From: Verrucomicrobiia bacterium
Lineage (GTDB): Bacteria; Verrucomicrobiota; Verrucomicrobiia; Limisphaerales; UBA11358
Assembly: GCA_031290985.1 (NCBI GenBank)
Contig: JARLJW010000111.1
Location: 52,104-116,103 of the forward strand
DNA length: 64,000 nucleotides
Reading direction: 5' to 3'
Shown here: positions 10,277 to 20,700 of the stretch, piece by piece
How the letters are laid out: the number at the start of each line of letters is the position of its first letter
Numbering within the stretch: the first letter of the stretch is position 1
Translations under genes and position numbers: made by a program
The notes under the pieces: generated by a model
Database searches by the model: none
Seen by the model: the letters and a program-made list of their open reading frames with translations, nothing else
Told to the model about the DNA's origin: nothing

Positions 10277-12292
10277 ATGAAAATGCGATTCGATTACAGT
10301 CTGTTCGCCGGCGTTTTGCTGGCCGGAATTACGTTCACCGACGTGGCGCAAGCGCAATCACCCGCACCCGCCGCCCCGGTGCCCGGCCAGTTCAAGGCCC
10401 GCTACTACGGCAAGCTCTCCGAACTCCCCGTCGGCGCCGTCCAGCCGCGCGGCTGGATCCAGCAATGGCTCCTGCGCCAGGCCTCGGGTCTCACCGGCCA
10501 TCCGGAGAATCTCGATTACCCCTACGACACCTGCATGTTCGCCGGCGAGATTCCGCCCCCGGCCATCAAGGACAAATATTGGAAATCCTGGTGGCCCTAT
10601 GAGCAATCCGCCTACTACACCGACGCCACCGCGCGCCTGAGCCGCCTTATCAACGACCCCGGCATCGACCGCCGCCGCGACGCCGCCATGGATTACATCC
10701 TCACGCACTCCACCGGCACCAACCTCGGCGGCTCGGCGGCCTGCTGGCCCAATGCCGTCGTCGGCCGCGCCCTCATGGCTGAATTTTCCGCCACCGCCGA
10801 TCCCCGCATCGCTGCCGTCCTGCAAAACTGGCTCCTCACCAGCGTCGGCGAAATCACCAAAGGTGGACGCAACGGCGTCAATTTTGAGGAAGCCTTTTAT
10901 CTCTACGGCCTCACCGGCGACCAGCGCCTCCTCGATCTCGGGCAGAAGATTTACCAGGGCTACCTGACCGACACCAATTCCTTCTTCACGGCCGAAAAAA
11001 TCCATGGCAATGGCCCCTTCCACGAACACGGCGTCACCGCCGCCGAAGAGCTGAAATGCCTGCCCCTCATGTACAGCTACACCGGCGATCCCGCCGCGCT
11101 CCAGTTCGCCCGCCGCGCCTACCAGAAAGTTTTGGACAACAACCTCATGGCCGATGGCGGCATCGTCAGCTCCGAACACCTCGACCGGCCCGGGTTCTAT
11201 TCCGTCCACGAAAGCTGCGACATCACCGACTGGTCCTGGAGCCTTGGCTACCTCTTCATGGCCACCGGCGATGCCAACGTGGCTGATCTCATCGAACGCA
11301 CCACCTTTAACGCCCTCCCCGGCGCCGTCACCAAGGATTTCAAGCAGCTCCAATATTTTTCCGCCGTCAACCAGACCGTGATCGCCGCCACCAACACCCA
11401 CCTCGGCCACTGGCTCACCCGCATGACCTATCGCGCCGCGCACGACACCGAATGCTGCGCCGGGAACATCAACCGCGCCATGCCCAACTACGTCATCCGC
11501 TCCTGGATGCGCGCCGATGATCAGGGCCTCGCCGCCGTTTACTACGGCCCCAACGAAGTCACCGCCCCCGTCGCCGGCCAAAACGTCACCATCACCGAAG
11601 ACACCAGCTACCCCTTCCGCAACGACATCGCCTTCAAAATCAAAACCGCCCAACCCGTCACCTTCAACCTCCAGCTCCGCATCCCCGGCTGGTGCGACCA
11701 GGCGACCATCCGCGTGAACGGAAAAAACTTGGACGCAAAATCCGCGGCCGGAACCTTCGCCTCCGTCAAACGGGAATTTCACGACGGCGACGTCATCAAT
11801 CTTACCCTTGCCATGCCCGTGAAAGTTGAAAACTGGTTCAAGAACCAGGGCGTCTCCATCACGCGCGGCCCGCTCGTCTATTCGCTCCAGATCGTTGAAA
11901 AGCGCGTCGAACACACCAGCGACCCCGACAACATCAAACCCCTCCTCAGCGGCCACGAAATCCGCGCCTTCCCCGAAGTCGAATTTTCCGCCAACAGCGA
12001 CTGGCGCTATGGCATGGGCATGGTGTCCAAGAAATATCCCAAGGACATCAAAGCGGTTGAGTCACCCCTGACCGAAAACCCGTTCATCGAAGAGCAGACC
12101 CCCGTTCGGCTCGAACTCCCGCTCTACCATCTGCCCGACTGGGCCCCGGGATTAAGCGAACCCGCCGGCCTGCCCACCGCCGGCCAGCAACAGGTTGACG
12201 GCGATGCAAAAACCATGACCCTGGTGCCGTACGGCTCGACGCATCTGCGGTTGACGACCCTGCCCGTGGTCGTCTCCGTGGTTAAAAAATAA
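10277..12292 (+). CDS. GH127/DUF1680-like glycoside hydrolase (beta-L-arabinofuranosidase family)
   Basis: ATG at 10277 gives the signal peptide MKMRFDYSLFAGVLLAGITFTDVAQA. HESCDITDW (E-x-C) and HDTECCAGN (C-C) match the Zn/catalytic cysteine motifs known for HypBA1-type GH127 enzymes. Confidence 0.8.
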   Translation: MKMRFDYSLFAGVLLAGITFTDVAQAQSPAPAAPVPGQFKARYYGKLSELPVGAVQPRGWIQQWLLRQASGLTGHPENLDYPYDTCMFAGEIPPPAIKDKYWKSWWPYEQSAYYTDATARLSRLINDPGIDRRRDAAMDYILTHSTGTNLGGSAACWPNAVVGRALMAEFSATADPRIAAVLQNWLLTSVGEITKGGRNGVNFEEAFYLYGLTGDQRLLDLGQKIYQGYLTDTNSFFTAEKIHGNGPFHEHGVTAAEELKCLPLMYSYTGDPAALQFARRAYQKVLDNNLMADGGIVSSEHLDRPGFYSVHESCDITDWSWSLGYLFMATGDANVADLIERTTFNALPGAVTKDFKQLQYFSAVNQTVIAATNTHLGHWLTRMTYRAAHDTECCAGNINRAMPNYVIRSWMRADDQGLAAVYYGPNEVTAPVAGQNVTITEDTSYPFRNDIAFKIKTAQPVTFNLQLRIPGWCDQATIRVNGKNLDAKSAAGTFASVKREFHDGDVINLTLAMPVKVENWFKNQGVSITRGPLVYSLQIVEKRVEHTSDPDNIKPLLSGHEIRAFPEVEFSANSDWRYGMGMVSKKYPKDIKAVESPLTENPFIEEQTPVRLELPLYHLPDWAPGLSEPAGLPTAGQQQVDGDAKTMTLVPYGSTHLRLTTLPVVVSVVKK

Positions 12293-12360
12293 ATCCGCAA
12301 CCTTGCATGATGGTGGACACGGTCGCGTTGCGCCATGATGGCCCGTCCGGCACGGACCTC

Positions 12361-13518
12361 TCATTTTCCGCCCGTGGCCGTTTCGTCTTTTTTGACCTCC
12401 GCCAAAAGCTGTCCTCTCGGCTTGAGCAACTGGTCCACCGAGTACGACGGCAGTTGATAAATCCAGTTGGTAAACGCCGTTTCGCGGGCCAGTTTTTCGT
12501 TCAGCCTGCCCTGCTGTTCCTTGAAGGCCTGATCGAGCCGCACCTTGTCCTCCGCCTTCTCGTCCTTGCCCGGGCTGCGTTCGGTGGCGATCTGCGCGCT
12601 GATCGTGAAACTCGCCGGGTAATTTCCGCCCTCCGCCTTCCCGATTTTGACGACGTAAGTGAACCCGTCAAACGTCTCCACGGTCAACACCGTGACCGGG
12701 TTGGTGCCGCTCTCTTTCCGCGGGGCCACATCGTTGAAGCTGGGCGAACTGAACGGGCTCGTGACGCCCGAAATCTTTGACGCATCCAGTTTCTCGCCGG
12801 CCCCGGCGTCAGCGAGCTGCCAGTCGTTGGTTTCGGAGGCGCGCGTCAGCTTCCAGGAATTCGTCGCCTCCGGATATTGCACCGCGATGACACGCGGCTT
12901 TTCGATACTCAGAAAATCCTTGTTCAACCACGGTTCCGGCCCGGTCTGGACGTTCTCCAGCGGATCGGAAACAACCGCCAGTTTTTTGGAATCCGCGCCC
13001 GCCATCACGTAACGCCCGTCCGGCCAGCCTTCGTCGCCCATGCCGCCGAACTGGGAACTGCCCGTGGGTTTCTTCATGTGTTTTTTCCCCAACAGCACGG
13101 AATTCACGGTCTTGCCGCTTTGATCCTTGAACTCCACCAGCGTGCCGGAAGTTGAACCGCCGCCCGGCGGCAGCAGTTCAAACCGGCCCAGTTGTGACGG
13201 CCCGATGTCCTCGCTTTGCGCCACCTTCAGGTCGGCGAACTTCACCAGCAGATCGCTGATCTGCGAAAAGTTCGCCGGATAATCGCCGCGCTCCCGCACG
13301 CGCCAGAGGTTGTCGCGCTTCGCCAGGTTGAGTTCGGTGACGCCGGACTTGATCGTGACCTGCGCGATGTCGTTCACGGCCAGATGGGGCAGCAGTTTCT
13401 GACCAATGGTTCCGGCATCGCTTTGCCAGGAATCATGGCTGCGCTGCCGCACCAGCAGCCCCGCCGCGCCGACAACCAACATGAGCACCACCAAGAGGAT
13501 GAATTGTTTCCGGTTCAT
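12361..13518 (-). CDS. DUF4340-like single-pass membrane protein, last gene of ABC/GldG operon
   Basis: N-terminal TM FILLVVLMLVVGAAGLLV. 4-nt overlap with the upstream GldG-like gene. Position and architecture resemble the DUF4340 partners of GldG-type systems; the family name is from memory. Confidence 0.65.
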   Translation of the reverse strand: MNRKQFILLVVLMLVVGAAGLLVRQRSHDSWQSDAGTIGQKLLPHLAVNDIAQVTIKSGVTELNLAKRDNLWRVRERGDYPANFSQISDLLVKFADLKVAQSEDIGPSQLGRFELLPPGGGSTSGTLVEFKDQSGKTVNSVLLGKKHMKKPTGSSQFGGMGDEGWPDGRYVMAGADSKKLAVVSDPLENVQTGPEPWLNKDFLSIEKPRVIAVQYPEATNSWKLTRASETNDWQLADAGAGEKLDASKISGVTSPFSSPSFNDVAPRKESGTNPVTVLTVETFDGFTYVVKIGKAEGGNYPASFTISAQIATERSPGKDEKAEDKVRLDQAFKEQQGRLNEKLARETAFTNWIYQLPSYSVDQLLKPRGQLLAEVKKDETATGGK

Positions 13519-15419
13519 TTTGCCGAGGTTTTTTTCCGTTTGACCACCGCGATGCCGATGCCCGCCGCCGTCACGCCCAGCGGCATCGCCAGGATGTTAA
13601 GCCACTTCAGCCGCGTCTCCAGCGACACGACCTCCCGGCGCAGATCCTTCTGCGCCTGTTTCAGCTCCTTGCTGACTTCCGCCTGCTGCTTGCGGAAATT
13701 CTCCACCTCCGCCTGCTGCTCGGGCGAGAGGATGAAGCGCTGATCCTTGTCCTTCTTCTGCGCCTGGAGCTGGCTCAAGTGCTGCTGCGTCTCCTGCAGG
13801 CTTTGTTGCAGCTCCGTGATCTTCGTCTGGCCGCGCGCCTGCGCCTCGGCCTCCATTTTTTTCACCAGTGTGAACGGCCGGCTCAACGACGCCCGGCTCC
13901 GCACGCCAATGAGGTTGCTGTCGCCTGCCATCTGCTCCACCAAATTTTGCGCCAGGTCCAGGTTTGCGTTCATCGGGCTGACCATCAGGCCGAAGAAGGT
14001 TTGTGTTTTCCGCAGCGAAAAATCATCCGCCAGCAGGTCGGAATCACCGAACAGCACCACCGAGGTTTCCGCCTTGGATTCCTTCAACGCGTCTTCCGCC
14101 TTGGCCACGCTGTTGGTTGCCGCCGCCGCCGGGTCCGCCGGCTTGCCACCGGGGAACGCCGTCTTGAATTTGCCGCTCAACCGGATCGCCAGCTTGTAGC
14201 TCACGCCGCTGGGCTTGAACCCGTTCAGGATGCTTTCGCCGCCCATGCCGGCCATGAAACCGTCCACCAGCTCCGCCTCTTTCGTGCTGCTCAGCAGCAC
14301 CGTTTCCTTCAATCCGGCCGCCGGCTCGCCCGTGAACGCCCCGCTCATCGGCAGCCACAGGTTGTCCAGTTGGCTCGTCACGATGTCCTCGCGGTTGATG
14401 CCGTCCGGCGTCAAGGCCAGGAAGGCCGGGGCCTCCGTCGGCTGCCCGTTCGGGCCTTGGAGTTGCATTTTAAAATTCAGGTCCGCCACCACCTTGCCCG
14501 TGTCAAACTGCACGCCCCACGCCGGCAGCAATTTGTCGAATGTGGACGTGTTGCCGCCCATCTCGCCGCCTTCCATGGCATTGCGCTGCCGGCTGGCCAT
14601 GGCCGATTGCGCATCCAGAAACGCGATCAGCTTGCCGCCCCGCAGCACGAACTGGTCGATCGCAAACTGCGCCTTGTCTGAAATTCCCTTCGGATGGATC
14701 ACCACCAGCACCTTCACGTCGTCGTCAATCTTGTCCGCGGTCATCTCGATGCGCTTCACGTTGAAATCCTGCTTCAACTGTTCGATGAGCGTCCAGGCCG
14801 GCGCGCCCTGCTGCCCCATCTGCATCATCATCGGGTTGCCCATCTCGCCAAACACCGGCAGCGCGGACATGACACCGACCGTCGGCTTCTCCGGCGTGAA
14901 CACGCGAGAAATGGCCCGCGTGATGTCATATTCAAGCTGCTTCTCGCGGTTCGGTTCCAAGAACGGCAGCGCCACCCGTTCATCCGCCAGTGATACCGCC
15001 AGGCCCAGATAAAACTGCCCGACGCCCTGCAACGGCTGCGGCTCCAGCCCGTCCAGCCGGGCCGAATCCTCCGCGTCCGAATCCGGCTGCGGGTCGAATT
15101 TTTCAATGATCAAATTTTTGCCCGCGACCTGTTTGTATTCATGCAGCAGATCCTCCACCTTGCGGGCGTAATCTTTCAGATACACCGTTTCGGGCGTGGC
15201 CGTGTCGCTTTGCGTGCAGTAGAACCGGAGCTTCACCGGCGTATCCAGCTTCTTCAGGATGGCTCGCGTGCCCTCGGACAGCGTGAACGCCTTCTCCTGC
15301 GTCATGTCCACGCGCACCGGCTTCACGCCCGTGATGACGTTGACCGCGATGATGATGGCCAGCATCAGGATGATGCCCGCCGACGAATACAGAATGGTTT
15401 CAAGTGACTTCTTTTGCAT
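13515..15419 (-). CDS. GldG-like auxiliary component of ABC-type uncharacterized transport system
   Basis: The track ORF starts at TTG 15437; the ATG at 15419 (MQKKSLETILYSSAGIILMLAIIIAVNV) is more likely. Has an N-terminal TM, a large extracytoplasmic domain, a coiled-coil (QQSLQETQQHLSQLQAQKK) and a C-terminal TM. Confidence 0.75.
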   Translation of the reverse strand: MQKKSLETILYSSAGIILMLAIIIAVNVITGVKPVRVDMTQEKAFTLSEGTRAILKKLDTPVKLRFYCTQSDTATPETVYLKDYARKVEDLLHEYKQVAGKNLIIEKFDPQPDSDAEDSARLDGLEPQPLQGVGQFYLGLAVSLADERVALPFLEPNREKQLEYDITRAISRVFTPEKPTVGVMSALPVFGEMGNPMMMQMGQQGAPAWTLIEQLKQDFNVKRIEMTADKIDDDVKVLVVIHPKGISDKAQFAIDQFVLRGGKLIAFLDAQSAMASRQRNAMEGGEMGGNTSTFDKLLPAWGVQFDTGKVVADLNFKMQLQGPNGQPTEAPAFLALTPDGINREDIVTSQLDNLWLPMSGAFTGEPAAGLKETVLLSSTKEAELVDGFMAGMGGESILNGFKPSGVSYKLAIRLSGKFKTAFPGGKPADPAAAATNSVAKAEDALKESKAETSVVLFGDSDLLADDFSLRKTQTFFGLMVSPMNANLDLAQNLVEQMAGDSNLIGVRSRASLSRPFTLVKKMEAEAQARGQTKITELQQSLQETQQHLSQLQAQKKDKDQRFILSPEQQAEVENFRKQQAEVSKELKQAQKDLRREVVSLETRLKWLNILAMPLGVTAAGIGIAVVKRKKTSAK

Positions 15420-15433
15420 CTGGCCTCCAAAAA

Positions 15434-16180
15434 TCAACTGGTGCGGTGCGTGCGCAAGATCACGCTGGTGGTGAACAATGAAAACCCGATCACGGACAGG
15501 AAGAAAAGAATGTCCCGCGAATCGAGCACGCCTTTTTGAAACCCTTCAAAGTGGGTGATGACGCTGAACGAGGTGATGACATCCACCAGCCAGTTGCCCG
15601 CCACGCCCTGCAACAGGTTGATGACCGGCGGAAAGCCCGCCAGGATCAGGAACAGGCACGCCACGACCGCGATGATGAAGCTCACCACCTGGCTGCGGGT
15701 GATGGCCGACGTGATGCAGCTCACCGCCAGATACGCGCCCGCCATCAGCCAGCTCCCGACATACGCCGTGAAGATCACCCCGTTGTCCGGGCTGCCCAGA
15801 TGGTTCACCGTCAGCACCACCGGGAACGTCAGCACCAGCGCCAGCCCCAGGAACAGCCAGGACGCGAGGAATTTCCCCACGATGGCCTCCCACGGCGCAA
15901 TGGGCATCGTCAGCAGCAGCTCCAGCGTGCCGACGCGCCGCTCATCCGCCCACAACCTCATGCCCACCGCCGGCACGAGAAACAGGTAGAACCACGGATG
16001 CCACATGAAAAATGAATTTGCCAGCGACGCCTCGCCGCGCTCGAAAAACCCGCCCACCATGAACGTGAAAAACCCGTTCAACAGCAGAAAGATGACGATG
16101 AACACATACGCCACCGGCGATGAGAAATACGCCCGCAGCTCGCGCTTGGCGATGGTCTTGATGTTGCCAAATCCGTTCAT
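15434..16180 (-). CDS. ABC-2 type transporter permease (GldF-like)
   Basis: 248 aa polytopic membrane protein. 4-nt overlap with the ATPase gene. Sequence FSSPVAYVFIVIFLLLNGFFTF is typical of ABC-2 permeases. Confidence 0.85.
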   Translation of the reverse strand: MNGFGNIKTIAKRELRAYFSSPVAYVFIVIFLLLNGFFTFMVGGFFERGEASLANSFFMWHPWFYLFLVPAVGMRLWADERRVGTLELLLTMPIAPWEAIVGKFLASWLFLGLALVLTFPVVLTVNHLGSPDNGVIFTAYVGSWLMAGAYLAVSCITSAITRSQVVSFIIAVVACLFLILAGFPPVINLLQGVAGNWLVDVITSFSVITHFEGFQKGVLDSRDILFFLSVIGFSLFTTSVILRTHRTS

Positions 16181-17133
16181 TGCCCTGCCTCCTTGCCGGT
16201 CGTGTCCGGCATCGTGATGCTGCGGAAGACTTCATCCAGCCGGCCTTCTTCCGTGCGCAGTTCCTCCACCTGCCAGCCGTTCGTGGCGGCGATGACCTCG
16301 CGCGTCAGGTCGCCATCGCCCGCCGTGCGCGGAAACACCGTCACCGTCACGCGCTGCCCGCTGGTGGCGGTGGCAATCTTTTTCGCCGCGCGCAACTGGT
16401 TCAGTTTCTGTTGCACCGCCGCTTCGGCCACGTTGTTCACCCGCAACGTCACCGCCCCCGCCCACTCGGACTTGCGCCGCAATTCCTCCGGCGTGCCATT
16501 CGCCACGATCACGCCGCGGTCGATGATGATCGCCCGCGTGCAGACCGCGTCCACTTCCTCCAAGATGTGCGTCGAAAAAATGATCGCCTTCTGCTCGCCC
16601 ATCTTGCGGATCAATTGCCGGATCTCATGCTTCTGGTTCGGGTCCAGGCCGTCCGTTGGCTCGTCCAAAACCAGGATGTCCGGGTCATGGATGATGGACT
16701 GCGCAAAACAGGTGCGATGCCGGTAGCCCTTGGAAAGCGTGTCCACGTTTTGATGCAGGACGGATTTGAGGAAACACAGCTCCACCACGCGGCCGATGGC
16801 AGACTTCTTGGCCGCGCCGCGCAACCCGCGGATTTCCGCCGCGAAATCCAGAAAGCCGTGCACCGTCATGTCCGTGTAGGCGGGCGCGCTTTCCGGCAGG
16901 TAGCCGGTGAGTTTTTTGGCCGGGATGGGGTTTTCCGCGATGTCAAAGCCGCCCACCGTCACCTTGCCGCTGCTGGGCGGCAGGAAACCGGTCAGCATCC
17001 GCATCGTGGTGGATTTGCCGGCGCCGTTCGGCCCGAGAAATCCCAGCACTTCACCGCGTTCCACGGTAAAAGAAATGCCGTCCACCGCCCGTTTCGTCCC
17101 GAATATTTTCGTCAGATTCTCAACTTTAATCAT
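16177..17133 (-). CDS. ABC transporter ATP-binding protein (GldA-like)
   Basis: Walker A GPNGAGKST, signature-like LSKGYRHR, Walker B ILVLDEPTDGLD, and H-loop FSTHIL. Confidence 0.92.
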   Translation of the reverse strand: MIKVENLTKIFGTKRAVDGISFTVERGEVLGFLGPNGAGKSTTMRMLTGFLPPSSGKVTVGGFDIAENPIPAKKLTGYLPESAPAYTDMTVHGFLDFAAEIRGLRGAAKKSAIGRVVELCFLKSVLHQNVDTLSKGYRHRTCFAQSIIHDPDILVLDEPTDGLDPNQKHEIRQLIRKMGEQKAIIFSTHILEEVDAVCTRAIIIDRGVIVANGTPEELRRKSEWAGAVTLRVNNVAEAAVQQKLNQLRAAKKIATATSGQRVTVTVFPRTAGDGDLTREVIAATNGWQVEELRTEEGRLDEVFRSITMPDTTGKEAGQ

Positions 17134-17244
17134 TTCGTCCGTTGGCTGTTGTCAGCGTGCGACCCAGATAAAACAATCAACCGCCAAAAGCGTCAGTTCA
17201 CGCTGTTAGTTTGTGAGTTTGACAATTCCTGGAAAAAACGTTCA

Positions 17245-17264
17245 AGAAAATTTTAGAAAATTTT
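17245..17264. repeat. tandem (AGAAAATTTT)x2, each unit containing the palindrome AAAATTTT
   Basis: Read directly: AGAAAATTTTAGAAAATTTTAGAG. Lies in the 630-bp divergent region between the ABC operon and the glucan synthase gene. Confidence 0.9.
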
Positions 17265-17767
17265 AGAGTGGCTGGCCGGCCTGAAACTGGGGCTGATCTC
17301 CCTGAAAACCATCAGTCCCGGGGTCGTTCTCCTCATTGGCAGCCGTTCCCATCACCGGGGTCTTTTCATGGGGTAAAGTCCGGCTGCGGAGCAGGGCCAG
17401 ACGCCCGCTTCGGAAATTGATTTTGCGGCGGGTCAGATCGCATCGCCGCCGCGTAGCGCTGACGGCCCCGGCAAGTCCAGGCCCCCGACCCACCGGCGGC
17501 GCATTCCTCCGTTTTGTCCATGCCGCACTTCTCCCGGCGTCGCGGGTGGGGTAACACCCCATATCATCTTTCTGGAAAAAGCAGATGCTAATGGGAGAAG
17601 TCATATCAAAAACGGCCAAATTATTTCGTGCAGCAGGATCAGCGCAGTGCCTGAGCGGCCGCAAATGCCGACCACCCCGCCGTTGACGGGCCGGGCGGCG
17701 GGAATGCTTCTGGATGGATTCGTGCCGGCAAATAATTACGGGGCCCGTGATCCGAACTATCAATAAT

Positions 17768-20700
17768 ATGCAGACTCTGCCAGTGCGTCTTCAAAAATGG
17801 ATGGCCGACATTGCGCATCTGCGTCCAAGCCCGGGCGACCTGCCCCTCCGGGCCGAACTGTTCAGCGTTGAACAGCTCGCCCGCCACGCCATGTCGCTGG
17901 CCGCCCATCATCGGGTGGTGACCCAGCAGGGTTTCAACAGCCTGCTGGACCGCTTGGGACAAAATGAAGGCATCCTGAGAACTTTCAATCGCGCGACGCT
18001 GGCCGTCAAACCTGGCCGGCGCATCACGCCCGCCGCCGAATGGCTCCTCGACAATTTTTACCTGATCGAAGAGCAGATTCAAATGGCGAGGCGACATCTG
18101 CCGCGTGGCTACAGCCGGGAGCTGCCGCGGCTGTTGAATGGCCCCAACACCGGACTGCCGCGCGTCTATGACATCGTGCTCGAACTGATTTCACATGTGG
18201 ACGCCGAGATTGATGCAGAACCGCTCAATGCCTTCATCGCCGCCTATCAAAAGGTGCATCCGCTGAAACTCGGCGAGCTCTGGGCCCTGCCGATCATGTT
18301 GCGCCTGGGATTGATTGAAAATCTCCAGCGCGTCACCACCCGGCTGACCATCGCCCGGGAGGATCGCGATCTGGCGGACTTGTGGGTGGACCGTCTGCAG
18401 GCGATGGCCGAGAAAGATCCCTCGCACCTCGTCATCGTGGTGGCCGACATGGCGAAATCTGACCTGTCCTTGTCCAGCTCGTTTGTGGCGGAGTTTTGCC
18501 AGCGTTTATCGCGGCAAAGTCCGGTGCTGCATCTCGCGCGCGGCTGGCTGGAACAGCGGCTGGGTCAACAAGGCTTGTCGATCGAACAACTGATCCAGTT
18601 GGACAGCCAAAATCAGGCGGCGGACCAGGTGTCCGTCAGCCACAGCATAACCAGCCTGCGTTTCATAAGCGCCATGGACTGGAAGGCGTTCGTGGAAAGC
18701 CTCAGCCTGGTCGAGGCGACTTTGCAGGCCGACCCGGCCGGCGTATATGACGCGATGGATTTTTCCACGCGTGACCGCTACCGTCATGCGGTCGAGTTTT
18801 TGGCCCGAAACAGCCGGCTTTCCGAAGCGGAAGTCGCGCAGCGCGCCATTGAAGTCGCCGCCGCCAGCGCCCGGCTAAAAGGTCCCGGCGACCGGACCGC
18901 CCATGTGGGCTTTTATCTCATCGATAAAGGCCAGGTTCAGTTCGCGCGCCAGCTAAAGGTTCGATTGCCCTGGCGGACGATCGCGGAACGAAGCATCCAG
19001 CGTCTGCCGCTGGTGTTTTACGTGGGCGGGATTGGCGGGCTCACCCTGCTGGCCACGTTCCTGTTCATACGTCAGGCGCGGGCGCTCGAAGTGCCGGGAG
19101 GGAGGCTCATTTTCTTCACGTTGGTTTTTCTGCCTTGTGCGAGCCAGCTGGCCGTGACGCTGATGAACTGGCTGTCGACGTTGCTGGTAAAACCCTGCCT
19201 GCTCCCGCGCATGGATTATTCCGAAGGCATTCCGGGGGGGTGCCGGACAATGGTGGTCGTGCCGACGATGCTCACCAGTGTAGCGGGCGTGGACCGCCTG
19301 ATTGAGACCCTGGAGATTCATCATTTGGCGAACCGGGATGAATATCTTCATTTTGCCTTGCTGACCGATTTCCGCGATGCCCCGGCGGCGGTTTCTCCCG
19401 GCGATGAAATTTTGCTGCAACGGGCGCAGGCCGGCATTGAGCTGTTGAACAAAAAATATGTTTCCAGCGAACCGGGCCGCTTTTTTTTGTTTCATCGCCC
19501 GCGCCGCTGGAATGCCGGCGAAGGCCTGTGGATGGGGTATGAGCGCAAGCGGGGAAAGCTCATGGAGTTCAATGCCCTCTTGCGCGGCGGCCGGCGCGAT
19601 TGCTTTTCAAAAATCATCGGGGCCACGACCATCCTGCCGGCCGTCAAATATGTCATCACCCTCGACACGGACACCCAGTTGCCACGCGAAGCCGCCCGGC
19701 AACTCGTCGGGACCATGGCCCATCCGTTGAACCATCCGGTGTTCGACGATGCGCGCGGGGTGGTCCGCGAAGGCTACAGCATTCTTCAACCGCGCGTGGG
19801 CGTGAGCTTGCCGAGCGCGCGGCGTTCCTGGTTCGTCCGGCTGTTTGCCGGCGATGCCGGCATTGATCCGTACACGCGGGAGGTGTCGGACGTATATCAG
19901 GATGTTTTCCAGGAAGGCTCATTTATCGGCAAAGGCATTTACGACGTGGATGCCTTCCAGCGCGCCATGGCCGGGCGCTTTCCCGAGAACACCATCCTCA
20001 GCCACGACTTGCTGGAGGCCTGTCACGCCCGTTCAGCCCTCGTCTGTGACGTGGAATTCTACGAGGAATATCCCTCCCGCTACGACGTGGACGTAAAACG
20101 CCGTCACCGCTGGATTCGCGGCGACTGGCAGATCACGCAATGGCTCCTGCCGCGCGTTCCCGGTCCGGACTCACGGCGCATCATCAACCCGCTTTCGATT
20201 TTGTCGCAGTGGAAAATTTTCGACAATCTGCGGCGCAGTCTCGTGCCGCCGGCCTGGCTGCTCTTGCTGCTGGGCGGCTGGCTGCTCGTGCCGGAACTTG
20301 GCGGCCTGGCCTTGTTGCTGGTCCTGGGCCTCATCGGGCTCCCCGGGTTGGTGGTGGCATTGGTCAATGCTTTGCGCAAGCCGGATGATTTGCCCTGGGC
20401 CATGCATCTGCACGAAGCGGCCCGTGCGTGCAGCCGGCAGCTCGGGCAGACTTTTCTCGCGCTGGCCTTCCTGGCCTACGATGCCTTCATCAGCGCCGAT
20501 GCCATCTGCAAGACGGTGCTGCGACTGCTGGTGACCCACAAACGGCTCCTCGAATGGCAAACGTCGAGTGATTCGGAACGGACTAACCGCGCGGACCTCG
20601 CCGATTTTTATGCCACGATGTGGATGGCCCCGGGCATGGCGCTGGCCGCCGGCAGCTTTCTCTTCATCCGGCACCCGGTGCAACTTTTCTTTACGCTGCC

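Noticed and set aside
10358-11956. Long antisense ORFs opposite well-recognised genes. Examples: 10358-11956(-), 8610-9752(-), 20171-21952(-), 22646-24010(-), 32993-35785(+), 42556-44421(-), 46348-47796(-), 48703-49782(+), 49872-50966(+), 57127-58707(+).
   Set aside because: They have the G/A/R/H/P-rich, low-complexity composition typical of shadow frames in high-GC DNA. Each fully overlaps a gene with strong family motifs on the other strand.
17263-17763. 166-aa ORF and nested small ORFs in the cgs/ABC divergent region; also a possible riboswitch upstream of cgs
   Set aside because: The translations are Arg/Pro/Ala-rich and non-protein-like. I could not recognise any c-di-GMP or other riboswitch core motif.
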